A DNA stretch of 64,000 nt. Origin: Epiperipatus broadwayi. Its lineage: Eukaryota; Animalia; Onychophora. The notes below the pieces were generated by a model. The model was not told the DNA's origin, did no database searches, and saw only the letters and a program-made list of their open reading frames with translations. Both the position numbers and the translations under genes were made by a program. Below are positions 25,767 to 39,949 of the stretch, one piece after another. The DNA lies in the NCBI GenBank assembly GCA_028023455.1, contig JAQFVV010000010.1, positions 16,306,001-16,370,000 of the forward strand, in the 5' to 3' direction. Position 1 is the stretch's first letter. Every line of letters starts with the position of its first letter.

Positions 25767-26077
25767 GTATGTTGTCATGGTAGCAGCCTCATGGCTTCCC
25801 CATTTCCAAATGTTATCCCTGTTATCATTTGTTCGTCACAGCTGTGAATCTTCTTTCAAAGCATCCGCCATGACATCGTATTCCCTCCAATGCTGGATGA
25901 AGAGGCTAGACAGTATAGTGAACGATTGGGTATAATTGTTGCCATAGTTACAAGGACAACCTAAGCTTTTGCTGATGCTGCCGCTGCTTTGTTTGGATAG
26001 AAGTTCACAAGTAATCGTTGCTTCTCCTTCTCTTGACATCAGAGTTTTGGCAATATTTTTGGCTTTTTTTCCTGTAG

Positions 26078-26135
26078 TCCTCTAGTGCCTATTGAGGAGC
26101 TGAAAAAGTATTTATTTATGGAGAGAACTCTCAAG
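26078..26135 (+). CDS. Tentative exon (PLVPIEELKKYLFMERTLK)
   Basis: Acceptor tttttttcctgtag, donor aag|gtaaaa, open frame. Confidence 0.35.
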
Positions 26136-28149
26136 GTAAAAGTTGCATAAAAGATTTAAAAAATAAGATCTATAAAGAGTCTGTCTGAAATTAGGATATT
26201 ATTAGTCTCGCCATTTGTAATATGAACGTTTCCTTTGCCTTGTGGAATATGGGGGAGGGGGGAGTTGCCAAAAGTATAGAATCAAAAAGATATGGGCTAG
26301 GAAAAGTTTGCGTGCTGTGTTAACATTTGTCATAGTTCTAGCTTACAAAGGATAATCAAAGAGTGCTCCGCCATTGTGAGGGAGCATTGGCAAAGAGTAA
26401 GGAACCATTTGAAACAAAAGGAAACGGTAGATTACTTGTCGCTTTTCTTTTATATTAATTATTTTGAGGTATTATAAAAATATTTATTAGCTTGTTAATT
26501 TGCATGGGGGAAAAATTATCTATGCTTTATTTATTATTAATAATTTTTTTACAAATATTTCTACTACTATTATTATTATTATTTTTTAGGTTGTTTATTG
26601 TCATAGCAATTATTTAAAATTATGACAAGCACTGGAACAGGATTGGATCTACATGTATGTGTCGAGTTTTTAAATGTAAGCTTTGTTAATTTTTTTTTTT
26701 TTGTTAGAGCAATCTAAATTTGTTTTTAATTCTTTTGCATTTTCATTAGTCTAAAATTCTCCATCATAACTAATGTGAAAAATATGAAGAGCATACTACA
26801 CATATAACCATGGTAACGTATGCCCTTTACTATTACCATGGTAACATAACCACGTTGTAGAAATGGCTGTTTACAGCTGCAAGCAGTTTGAAGCTTTGGG
26901 CTATTTTCGTAGCTCATTCCATACTTTTTTTAAAGAAATCTAGTGTAAAGCTAAGTTTGACAGGTTTTGTGGTTTTATGATTTACAGATTAAACTAAAGT
27001 TTTGTGTGAACTGAAAAATACTTTAAAAGTACATTTTATATACGCAACATATATTTTTAAGCAAAAAAAATTATATGGATGTATGTATGTTTGTCTATCT
27101 ATATACATGTATACACATTTACACTTAACATTTTTATAGAAAAATTTTAATTGCTATTCATAATAATAGATCGTATATCATTTTTATTACAGAAATATAT
27201 ATTTATAAATCATAATATATATTTCTTTCTTTTGATATCATATTTGAATTAAAGACACTACTATTTTTTTTTATATATTAAAAATAATATACAGCCTGTT
27301 TATGAATAATTCACTGCATATTTATAAAGATTACATTTAGTGTTAATGTACAAAGATAAAATTAAAGTTGATTAGCAGTATAGAGTACATGGATTTGTTC
27401 ATGTATAAAATATTTTCAGTGAAATTGTAATCTATAGTCATTACATTAATATTAGAAACATTTATTTTTTAAAAAGACTTTAAACTTTATTTTTGTTTAT
27501 TAAACAATATATATATATATCAATTGTTTTCAAGTTTTACTGTGTTTATATTGAATTTTTGAGAATTGATTTAAGACAATTTTTATGATAACTTCAGTTT
27601 GCATTATGCAAAAATTAGGTAGTGTGTGTTATCAGAAAAATAAAATACTAATGAATATAATAAACTGGAAAAAATAATCATTGTATATTCAAAATAATAA
27701 TGAAATTATTTTTATTATGTCTAATAAAATCACTTATAACTAATGTTTTTCTAGGAACCCTACAAATATTTTTTCTTTGTAGGCATCTGTGTATAATCAA
27801 TGCAGAAAAAAATGTTAAGAGATGAATAAGTTAGCCTAAAATAGTTTTCTGGTTATAAATGCCTTGGATACAATACATGTGTAAATTAAGCAGTAAGAAT
27901 ACCGAAAAAAATTTAGATTTAGGGCAATATAGATTATTAATATTAATAATATTCTTTTTATTATCTGTCTCAGTTTTCACATTGTGGAAAAGATTTCATT
28001 GTTAGATAGAATCCATCTAAAATATAAAATCCAAGTGATTACTTGCAAATAATTAAATGATATAATAACTATAGCAAAAGAATAAACCTATAAATAAAAA
28101 TGCAGATATAATTTTCTGATTATAACTATTAACTATTCATGACTCATCA

Positions 28150-29570
28150 ACTTCTGATTACAGTATCAAAGTATTTACACAAGAAAATATTGGGTGGAGT
28201 TGGTACTGTAGACAACACTGCTAAAAACACTAAGTCAGGTAGAATTTGAAGAGGTGCTGATTTCATTTTCAATTAATAAACAATAAAACAGCCTCTCCGA
28301 GCACTTTTTCCATATGTCCAATCATCACTTTACACAATCAAAAAATCTTTAAGGTTTTTCTTTTTAGGCAGGTAATACAGCACTTTCTTTTTGAATGTTG
28401 TAAAAGTAAAACTATTGAGTGCAGACATGGTCTGGCTAGAGAAATTCTATTTATCTGTGTATAGTCTCATAGGACTCACATGTCCATTATAGTTATCTGT
28501 ATAGATTCATCATTTGTATCCTCCTTTTACAGATTTTGCGTGGTCATATTATTTGCTGCTTCATCAGCTATCACCTTTCTATGCAGCTCTAAAATTTTAC
28601 ATTGCAGTTATTATATACACAAATGATCTATAAGAAATGCCTACTACCATATCAAAAAGTGTGCTAACTCACAATATAAATGTATCCAACCTGGAACTTT
28701 TTTTTCTTTAGTAGCATACTTGTTAATATTAAAAATGATTTTTTTCATATATTTTTCTATCAAATAATAATTGGAACAAACACATAATTACAAGTGATTG
28801 AAAATTTAAGCCTTAGTAAAATTACTTCTTGACACATCTTAGTTACATTCAATAATAAACCTCCTTATGATCTGATCAGGGGAAAAGGACCCTGCACTAA
28901 AGGCAATCATTGTACTTACAGACAAAAATAGCTTTATGTATATATATTTTTAGGAACTATAACTACTATTACTTTTGAGAAATCACTAGTAAAACACTTC
29001 AAGAAAGTATAACCTCTGAATCCCAATTGAAAAAATCATTGATAATGCTTGAATTTGTTGAACAATTCTCTACCATTAATTTTTGCAATAAATACCTAAA
29101 TCATAATAACAATGAAAATGTAAAAAAATTAAGTATATAATTTGAAAAATCACAAAATTATTAATTCTTTTTTAGAATAATGAAACTTAATGTTTCTAAA
29201 AAAAGATGGCTTTATTAACACTTTTTTAATGCAACAACTGCTAATTTCAAGAAAAAAATAATGTGGGTGCTACATTATCACATAGTAGTTAAAAAAATGG
29301 CAGTTGACCATTTAAGTGGAGAAAAATTAATAGTTGTAGGATCCTGATTATCATTCAAATTAGCATCTAATGCTGAATATTTATAATACTTGTGCAATTA
29401 TTCTAATACATTGGTAGGACAATATCCTGATTTTTTTTTAATCCAGATATTATTGCTCTAAAAAAATAATTGTAATATTATTTGAAACATCAGTAAGCAA
29501 TCTTAGATCCAATGCGCTATGAATAGCCACATGTTGATCAACATCCTTTTCTGACTATCCATTTACTGAT
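28150..29570 (-). mobile_element. Highly decayed DNA transposon remnant, possibly hAT
   Basis: Minus-strand fragments HVAIHSALDL, LKWSTAIF and ILPDLVFLAVLSTVPT occur in the order of the hAT motifs H..C.aH.LnL, TRWnS and P.L..lA..vLs.p. Confidence 0.35.
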
Positions 29571-31566
29571 TTTTGTCTACATGAAATATCTCTTCACTAT
29601 CTTCACCTATGGGGGGGAACCTTCCCTTACCCCCCCACCCCCACCAATAAAAAAATTTGATGTGTTTTAATTATGAAAATATATCATCATATATATATAT
29701 ATGGTAAATAATTAAACACATGTATGCTTACATGTACATATCTCATTATATTTTGTTTTGATCTAGTGTAACCATTTTTTTTTTGTGTCCTGCATGATTT
29801 GGCACAACAGTAAAATGGTTCAATTTGGGATCAGGAGATCCCAGAATCAGTTCTGGCGCTCGAATTTCTTATGAACTCCCAAGCAATAAAGCCATTTGCA
29901 TTTTTTTTAATAACCATTTTTTGCATAGGAATTTGAATTTTCTGTATTTGTCAATTCAAATGAAATAGTATTAATATGTTGTTTGTAATATAATTGTATA
30001 CCAAATCTTAGACAATTGCATATCTTTCTTCTTGAGGACTAAATATTACAAAAATGTTAGCATTAGATATGGAATTTTAACAGCATAAATATATGTTGAT
30101 ATAATATATGTAATAAAACTAAGAAATCAAAATTGTATTTGTAAAGCTTTATGTGTTTATTATTTTTTAATATAAATAATAATATACCTTATTAACTCTG
30201 AGCCCACTGGTGAGATCTAAAAGTTTTGGATCAATTCTCTAAAAAAATAAAAAAAATATTCACTTATATTAAGTTTTCCATTTTGGTAATCATATTTGAT
30301 CTCTCAATCAAGTAACTTTATGATAAATAAATAAAGCTTTACACTATTTACTTTAATAAACTTGTCTCACTAAGCTGTGCTATTAGAATTTTTTTTTTTA
30401 ATTTTATATATTTTTTAATTCCTAAGCATTTATATTAAGTAACCCTCCAAGGAGAGTGATTAGTAAATATAGAGTTAATATAGTGAGATTTTTATCACTT
30501 TCATTTCCCAGAAATAAGACTATTAATGTCTCAATCATTGATCACTTTAGTTTGTTAATAGCAAGGCTGTTGTTATTACTAGGATTTTAGTATATATTTT
30601 TTTCTTTTTTGATAGATAATTATGATTGAGATTCTGTTTGCCTAAGAAAACTTAATAGGTAGGTTTTTGGGGATTTTTATTTTACTGTTTTAGTAATTGA
30701 ATGATGAACTTTTTATATAATACTCTAATGCTCACTATTTATATTTGGTAAATAGTGATAATAGAATAGTATGATTCCTTAATGTACCAAAGGATCTAGT
30801 GGTATAATGTTTAGTGCTGTTGCGTTCATGAGTGCAGCAGGAAATTCTTGGTTGGAAAATGTTAATGTAAACAGGGAGTTTGGTTATTGGCCCAAGTCAA
30901 TTTTAGTTAATTAACCAATACTAATTACTAATTGGATGTTAGATAGGGTGAATGTGATTATAACTTAGTATTTGTTGTGGGTTTTTTTAAGTATAGCATG
31001 AAGTCAATTTTTTTCTTCTTACATTTTTTTTTATAAAAGATTATAAAATCGATGATTTTGTTTAAAAAAGCAAGATATAAAGCATTGTTATAAAACTACC
31101 TCATTTCATTCATTTTTTTTTTTTTTTTAAAGGAAATGGCTTTGCTGCCAATAGTATCCTAAAATATTTAATATTAGATCAAGGGTTTTTTTTTTTTGTA
31201 TTTTTTCATTTTCATCATCTATCATCCTTTTCAATTACTAATCCCAAAAGTTTATTGACATGGAAAAATATAGTGTTAGATTTTAAATAACTACTGTATT
31301 TTCATTAGCAATGGGGGGGGGGGGAGCAAATGACATAATTCACTGGATAAACCATGTTCTGTTTTAATCCATCCCAATTGTTCTTAAAAATTAAATAGAA
31401 GGGATTTTGCCATTTTGACTGTTAATATTTATAAAATTAATCTTGTTTGCTTATTTATATTCAATATAAAGGAATTAAACATATCTATTAAATGCAGTTA
31501 TTTTAATTTAATTGTATATTTTTTTGTGTAAAAAAAACTTAGTAATACATCGTCTAATTACCCATA

Positions 31567-31672
31567 CCACTCGATGGCGCTGTTGCTAGTAAAAAACAAA
31601 TAGATATAACATTACCTGGCTTGTAAATAGCATATTTATGTGCTTTAGTGTAGAAACAGCACCATCACGCGG
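31567..31672. promoter_or_regulatory. Pair of convergent CTCF-like motifs
   Basis: + strand CCACTCGATGGCGCTG (31567-31582) and - strand CCGCGTGATGGTGCTG (31657-31672). CpGs are retained in an otherwise CpG-poor region. Confidence 0.35.
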
Positions 31673-32702
31673 TGTGGATCAACAGACCATGTATTACCAA
31701 AAACTTTTCAATATTAATTCAAAATAGTTGTTATAGTTATTAAATATGTTGAATAATAATTCAGTATATATTTAATAAAGAATTGTTTGCTTATGTCATT
31801 GTTAAAAAAGATACTAAATAAAACAATTTTATATATATTATCTAGTTTATATTTAATCTGCATTAGATAATAATTTCAATCTTTTCACTTTAAGGCCAAC
31901 ATATGGAACATAAGCCTCAGTAATCACTGGAAATCAAATAATAATGCAAAACAATTTGTTCTCAAAAATTTAAAGATATCTTGTTTAGCCTATAATTGAT
32001 GTCATTAAAGTATATAGTTATTGTAGTATAATGCAAATAAGTTGTCTTGAATTCAAAACTTCAGTGTATTTAGAATTATTAATTTTTTAGTCAGAATATG
32101 AGTGAAATTTGACCTCTAGATAGTATAGTGCAAAAAGGTGATTTTTCCAAATAAGAAAATCAGTCAAGTAGAATTTGCAAATCATCTGGAATCTGTTCAT
32201 CATTCACCTTTTATCGAGTTGCTTTTAGATAGGGAGAAAAATTACTGATGTGTAATATAAAAAGAAAAATTGAACCAATAGTTTTTAAAGACACAAGAGA
32301 GCAAAATAAATTGCATATTTGATAATATTATGCAAATAAGAGCTTATTACGCAAACAAGAGTGCACCAGTTTGGGGGGAGGGGGAGTCAATGTTTTTTTT
32401 CTGAAAACTTTTTTTTAGTTAACATTATACTGGTATTCAAATGCTCAATATTGGCATAACTTCTTCAGCAAATAAGCATACAATTATTTTATTTATTTAA
32501 ATGAGATCATTGAAACTGATAAGACAAAATGAATTAATTTAGCATTGCTTTACTAAAATATTATGTTGGAAAGTCAATAAATTAATATTAACAAATAACT
32601 AATTAACTAATATGTAAAGTAATGAAATGCTAAGTAGAAGGCTGAACTTAATTCTTTTTACTGATACTTTGTCTTATTGATTTTTTTCTTTGTTTAAATT
32701 TG

Positions 32703-32837
32703 TAATTCAAATTTGCAAATGTTTGGTTGTCTTTGTAATGAAGTGTTTTTTTCTTTCTTCTTGATAACTTAACACTAAGTGCACTTTCGGTTAAGTTCAC
32801 ACAATTATGAGCTATGATTATGTGAACTTCAATGAAA
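32703..32837. mobile_element. Family B copy with an asymmetric fold-back centred on hammerhead stem I
   Basis: Homologous to 15699-15810. Short return arm GAGCT ATGATTA T GTGAACTTCAAT GAAA. Confidence 0.75.
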
Positions 32838-35800
32838 TTTTTGAAACAAATTCTACACTTACAAAAACAATTTATTTTCATAATTTTTATCTATTTTTAC
32901 AAAATATTGCAACTCCCTGAGAGATCACAACATATGGGTTGTGCATCATTGAATTAGATCATTGTGAAAGAAATTTTTTTTAAAAAAAATCTATCACTAG
33001 TTTTCAAGGCATTAGAGTTTTTATTGAAGTGGATTATGCTGCAGATGTTTTAGATGCAACTACTAATCAAATTATAAAATCTATTTTGTTTAGTTGCTAA
33101 CCTGGATTTTTTTTTGTCAAGTCATTGAAAGATTGTGATTTGACTATCAGTTATGAAAAGTAAAGTATTTTTTGAGAATTTATAATATATATATTATTTT
33201 AATTTGATGAACAAAGAAAATATATTTTTTTATTACAAATATTGCCTTTCTATATATAATCATATCAAGGATAGAAAAATACAGTAGTTTGTTATGCTTT
33301 CAATATATTTTTATTTTCTCATTTTCACTATCATATAAGAAGTGCCATTATTATATAACAATTTTCAAACTTATAAAAAGTTATTAATAATCATTTATGC
33401 ATTTATCAGAAAGCTGTTTTATCAATGAGTGAAAGGTGAATTCATATAACTATCTATGCATGTTATCTATCTAAAGATATATTAGAGATTTTAGTTAGCA
33501 GAATTTTACAATTCATCAGTGTCATTTGATAATTATTCATGATAGTTTGCTGTCCTCTTAACATAATTTATTCTAAGATGTTGAAAATGTATTTAATATA
33601 TAGCATCATTATTTAAATTTCTAATAGGGATACATATATTTGTTAATTAACAAAGCCTTTTTAAACTTCACATTATCTTTAATATTTTCTACTATTCATG
33701 TTAATTACTTGAAATTTTAAATATTGTTGATGTTTAAAATTCAAGGCAATCTTTTAATGTCAAATACTGTCAAAAGTTATATATTTCATTGATCTCAGTT
33801 AAATCCTAAATATAAGCAATTTTGGTCCTTTTGTTAAAAAGAATGGTTATATCAAAACGGCATTATATGACTATTCTAATTTACATTTAATATCTGCATT
33901 AACAGTAGTAATCCATTCTATATCATGCTACTTTAGACATGTTTGAAAACATGAATAATTAATAGAGACTAGATTCCTCTATTAGTTTTAAATTATTGTT
34001 AATGATTTTTATCGTAAATGAAAAGAGCATTGGATTACACTTATTGTTGCAGTAGTCATCTTGGTTTTTACTTATAGAACATTTTGAATTGATGAATTTA
34101 ATTATAATTACTGTATATCTGCATCATAGATATCTAAATATCACAAATATATTTTTTTCTAAATAAAACTAATATTTTCATTGCTATCCCAATTTTTAAG
34201 TTATTTTATTTTTTTGTCTTCATCTCTCCAGTTTTACTGACTTGCTCATTAAGTTACCCAAAAAAAAAAGCTATCAACAGTTTTGAGAAGCCAAGTGATA
34301 TTCATTCCCAAAAATGACATGTTGAGCTGAGCCCAAATTTTATTCATTTAGCTAAACATTTTTTTTCACATTAATCTAGAATTCTTTGATTCTTGATTCT
34401 GCCATTTAGAACAGCTTTTTTACAGTTCTCATCATTTTTATCCAATTTTTCAAAATTTATGTTAACCTGATATAATGGTGTATGATAACTTCTATTTTTA
34501 TTTAAAATCAGTGAAGTAAGCATCAATTTAATTAAAATTGTCTACTACTGTTTAATACAATCGAACTTGTTTAAATTTAGTATATAATAAAGTAGGATGC
34601 ACAAAAGAAATTTTTTTAGTGTAATTTTTGTATAAATTCACATAATATGTAATAAAATTGTGTAATATATATTGTCATCCACATCTTATTGGAGTCATAT
34701 ATATAAAAAGGATATGTAAATACATATAATTGCACATAGAAACTGATTAGTATTTATGATTTTTTAAAAGTTGCAATGCTAAGCATGCAGCTATGTAAAA
34801 ATTGAGTATTTAAGTTTTATTAACTGATAATTTTTAATGTATTTTTAAAATTTTATAAATTTATAGACTTTTTTTTTATTTTATTAAATTATAAGAAAAA
34901 TAATTGGATGAAATTATCTATCTTGAATGAGAATTAGCTGTATTATTGGATTGTTTTCTTTCCATTTTTTTGCTATTTGTTAATTAGAATTAGAAAAATT
35001 GTTGAACTTGGTTCTTAGATCTTTTTAAAGTTTTTTTTACAATTATAAATGTTTATTTTTTTATTTTTAAATATATATTCCATTTAATTTCTGAATATGT
35101 ACAATGTAATACTTTATATGAAGTAGTTTAATGAAGGTATATAGAAAATGTGAAATACATGTACACACCATATATAAATACATTCTAAATTTGTTATGTT
35201 GCAAGTGAATAGAGAATAATATATAGTCATGGCTTGTTTAGTATTTTATATAGTCATAATATGGATTAATATTTTATAATTTTCAAATTCAAATAACATT
35301 TTAAACAAGTTTAATAAATATTGTAGCTTTAATATTATTATTTGGAATCTAACAGAATATAATTATATTTACATGAATTTCTTTTATTGTGCATCATTTT
35401 TTTAATATATTAGTATTTAGAATAGATGTTTAACTTTTTACACAAAGTATTTGAGAATGATCAAAATAAAAACATCTGAAAATTCACTGACTGTACAATT
35501 CATTAGTAGGAAAAATAAGTTATTAATATGAACAAATTAAAAATTCTTTTTTCCTATTATTCATAATATTATAAAATAAATATGTATGCAATAATATTAT
35601 ATATAAATTTTTATATTTGATAAATTGGATCTTAAACAACAAACAGACTCAATTCTTTGTGTGTGTGTGTTTCTACTTTATTGCATCTATGAATGATGAA
35701 TGCATTTTGTTTTTACAGCTACATTGTATAAACACATTGTTTATGGAATATAAAATAAAATGTAAAAGATATTTTTGAAATAAAAATTGAAGCAATAAAG

Positions 35801-37599
35801 AATTAAAAAACAATTTCTTTATTGTAATTGTCAATTATGTGGAAATTTATTTTGTTATATAAATAAATAATCATTTTTATTAAACTTTGTGTTTCGCTTA
35901 AAATATTAATAATATTTCCTTTCTTTAAAAATTAATCCAAATAGTTATTTTAAAATTTTAAAAATGAATTGTTCACTGTTTAATCGGTCCATGTATGTAT
36001 TGGTATTTTAAAGAGTATTTTACAGGGATCCAAAATATTTTTTTTATATTATATCCATATTTACATATTAAGATACATTATAACAGGATAGAGTGTACTT
36101 AATAAACATTCAATTAAAATATCACTAGCATTATCTTCTTTAAATCTAATGAAACATGTTTTATATAAGTTAAAAAAATAAATAAACATCAATTATATAA
36201 CAATTTATCATCTTTAGCATTATTGATTTGTATATGAGTATGACTATTCTAATTCCAGAAGAAGGAAAACTAATCTGTTTTTTAATGACAGCATGAGATG
36301 TCTTTTAACTTATTCTACAGCAAACTTTTTTTTTTGAAAGACTTCATATTGCCTTATTGTAATTTTCTTTCATTTTATTCTCAGCCATGTCCTGCCAAAT
36401 GAAAGCAAACTGCATTGCCTCTTTTAAAATGTCTTTGAGATTATCTTCACAACATTAATAGAAATTTGTATTTTCCATAAAAACCATACTCGAGTTCCCC
36501 ATAAATTTTTTTTTTTTTAGGAATTCTGTTATTATTCATTTACTCATATAATCAATCCAACAGTAAATAATAGGTGGTTTCATTCTATTCTTGATCTTTT
36601 GTCAACAATTTTTTATTCTTAACCTGAGGGGGGGAAGGGTTTAATTCATTAATTACATACGCATAAAGTTATAACCAATTCAATGTTTATAATAAAAAAT
36701 ATATAAATCAATTGTGTCTTTGCTCATTACATGTTTTTATTATTTGTCTGTCAATAAAAATTGTATGTAATAATATCTAGAAAATCACATTGAGTCTCTC
36801 TGGTAACCTCTCTCATCTATCAAAATTGCTGTGAATGTTTTTACATTAAAAAAAAAAAAAATCTCAAATGATCACATCATATAATGACTATATCTTCTTT
36901 GCAGTTTTAGTCGACCAATCATTCTTAATTCTTTTTGTCAGTCATTAAACTTTCATCTTTAAATTCCTATATTACTCTTGAAACGCCACTTTTTTTTTTT
37001 ATTGTGTCATACAGATAATGTCACTTTTTTTTTTTTAAGCAAGAACTTACTAGTTACTATTAATAAAACTCATTATTAGAGAATCAGTACATTTTTTTTT
37101 TTTAGTGAGTACATGTCTCAGTAACATGGCAAGCGTAAAAATCAAAATTGAGAAGTTTAGTTTTTGTAGCAATTGCTTCTAACAATTGAGCATCTAATTT
37201 CCTAGGGTAAGATTTGTTTTTTAATGCAGCTATTATTTTAACCTTGACCATTACTAGTCTATGATCTAACCATCAATCTAATGCCATAAGTGCTTGATTA
37301 ATGTGGATTTTTTTTTTTTTTTTAGAAAAAGTCTTTTAATTGCAAAATAATTCCTAATTATAATTTATAAGATGCCATTGTCCAAGTTTTTTTTAAATAA
37401 TTTTCTGCCTGTACAAAGTGTTGATGATAGTCTATTCATGTGAATTGCAAAAATTCAATAACAACTTGTCATTCTATACACAGAAAACAATTATTATTTT
37501 CAACAATTATTGTTACTGTTCGGTTAGCTGTATTGTGCCACTAGGCGACACTGCAATGCCCATCAAGAACCATACAAGCGATAAATTTCTATCGAAGAA

Positions 37600-38130
37600 A
37601 TGGAAGAAATCGCTGTAAAATACAAATTACAAAAACAGAAATCTGTGAAAATTCATACCCTCCCCTCATGTGAAGAAATCACTGTAAATACAAATTACAA
37701 AAACAGAAAATGGTGAAAATACATAAAACACCCCCCAACAATAAAAAGAAGTTGCTTAAAAAGTAAGTAAAATACAAATTTGTAAATCACAAAGAAAAAA
37801 TGTGGATTGCATCTGATTAAAAATTGCAAAATGAAATGTGACATGATAGATTCATAACATCCAAAAACCCAAGTACAACACACACACAAAACCCCCCACA
37901 AATACTTAAAAAAAAATTATTATCAAAGATAGACATTGTGAAGCAGCACACTTAACTAATAACAGCAGATTAACAACAGGCTTTAAAACAATTATTTAAA
38001 GAAAGTTGCAAAATGAAATGTAATATAATAGATCTCTCACATTAAAAAATGTAGGCACAGGCTTTAGCAAACATTTAAAGAAGGTAGTTCTGCAGCACGG
38101 TTAACTAATAATAGCAAATTAAAAAAATAC
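37600..38130. repeat. Imperfect internal duplications (A/C-rich strand)
   Basis: aagaaatc[g/a]ctgtaaa(a)tacaaattacaaaaacagaaa occurs twice; gcaaaatgaaatgt occurs twice; gcagcac..ttaactaataa.agca occurs twice. Confidence 0.6.
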
Positions 38131-39019
38131 AACAATGTTTAGTTTTAAACTCAGTACATATCTTTTTGTTTGTGTTAACTTTAAATTGATTTATTTTTTG
38201 CATTATTTTCCAAGTTAAGACATCCCTTTGTTTTAGTTATAGCAAGTTTAAAGAGTGAGACAAATTATTGCCATTACCAAAATAACAAATTCATTGGTTT
38301 CTGAATATTGATATGAAATTCATAAAAAAAAAAAAACTTGTACAAAAAAAACATCACATGGCTTATCATTTACTTTTGAAAGCATGTGTTAAGAGTAAGC
38401 TGTTATTAACTTTTCAAATCCAATGTAGATAAAACTGAGACCACTAAAATATACATTTGTTGGTCTGGTATGTCAAATATATATAACTATACAAACAAGT
38501 TGACTTGGGTTTTTGATTTAAAGATACATAAGTTAATTCATTAATGAAGGCAAAAGACAGAAAGTGATTATTTAAGTACTATTGTCTGGTACCCATTGAT
38601 TACTCAAGCTTTAGTGTTAAACAATGTTTGGAAAAAAAAAATTTGATGAACAGGAATTGATTTGTAAATATCAGAAATTGTCCGTTTGTTTGGCATCTTA
38701 GTATTCAAATGTTTAAAGTATAAAGTATAATCTTCATATCTTATGTCACAGATCTTGCTTTTATATTGTGCTTGTATTTAAGTTAAGAATGAATAATAAT
38801 TAAATAATTAGTTGTAAGGAAATCATTCAATATTCAAGTATGAGAAATGACAGGTTAAGCTTCTATCAGGATCTTTAAATTCTCAAATCCATAACTATGC
38901 ATTAAAACACATAGGCAATTACTACTATATCTTCTATTATTCATTTTTATTTTCTGATTGTTTCATTTAAGTTTTTTTCAAATTTATCCTTAATTATTTC
39001 TTTCACTTCCATTCATATT

Positions 39020-39240
39020 TCATTCCACCATCAATTACATCAGAATCTAAAATTGATTCCCAATATTATTACCAAAGTAATGGATACTTGAAATTTACAC
39101 TTCTCCTGTTGTTAATACTGAAGTTGTCCATTGTCAGATGCCAAGAAAATAATCAGTTTTATTTCTGTGAATATTATTAGATGATGTCCATGAATATGGA
39201 GGTCTTTATTCTATTACTGACAATAAAATGATCCTGAATT
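39020..39240 (-). mobile_element. RTE-type APE endonuclease fragment
   Basis: Minus strand RPPYSWTSSNNIHRNKTDYFL resembles YTW.SpdG.hRNQIDY. Confidence 0.6.
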
Positions 39241-39949
39241 CACAAAAATTTAATTGTTAATTTACTTTTTTCCATTTTCAGTTTTGACATTCTACTCGCA
39301 AAGTATAATTTTCATGCACCTCAATCATAATTTTTTTTTTTTTTTGTATTTGATTTGAATATATAGACTTGTTATAATTGAATAGATGTCCATGAAATTG
39401 AGTATCTAACTGATTATTCATAGAATTATTCAATAATAGTTTTTACAATAGCGTTCACAATGAAAAAACTTTTTTTTTGCTAAGATTATATCACAGTTCA
39501 CTTTATTAACTCTTAAAATGTCAATGGGCAAATAATTCATTTCTATCTTTGTCACATCAAGATTTCTTTAGTGTATACTTTGCACATTCTAAATTCTAGT
39601 GTTTTTTTTTAATGCAATTATAAATTGAAAACTATGCATTCAAATTAATCTACTTGCATCATATTTGCTATTGATATTGGGAAATATCCCTGCCTCTTCC
39701 TTAATAGCATTTTGATACCACCCATCTTTTAGCTCTACAAATTTATTTTATTATTCATCATTTTTAACATAATATTATGGTTGCTTTCTTCTAACAAATT
39801 CTTTATGTAGATTGATAGAGAAGGAAATGTGAAATTCAGTATAGATTTTATTTTATAAAAGAAAAGTATAATCAGTAGATGATAATCATTAAATATAATA
39901 TGGTAAATCAGGTTTGTCGACATACAATAATTAAAACTTTTTTATATAT

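Larger units (their letters stand above)
24950..26900. promoter_or_regulatory. CpG-enriched promoter-like island with RFX X-boxes and a YY1-type motif
   Basis: CpGs are visibly frequent here and rare elsewhere. X-box-like 14-mers at 25771, 25938, 26804 and 26832; CCGCCAT at ~25865. Confidence 0.6.

Noticed and set aside
29790-29865. tRNA-Pro-like sequence
   Set aside because: The stems and B-box are broken; at best a SINE or pseudogene relic.
30788-30850. tRNA-like A-box sequence
   Set aside because: No B-box or cloverleaf.
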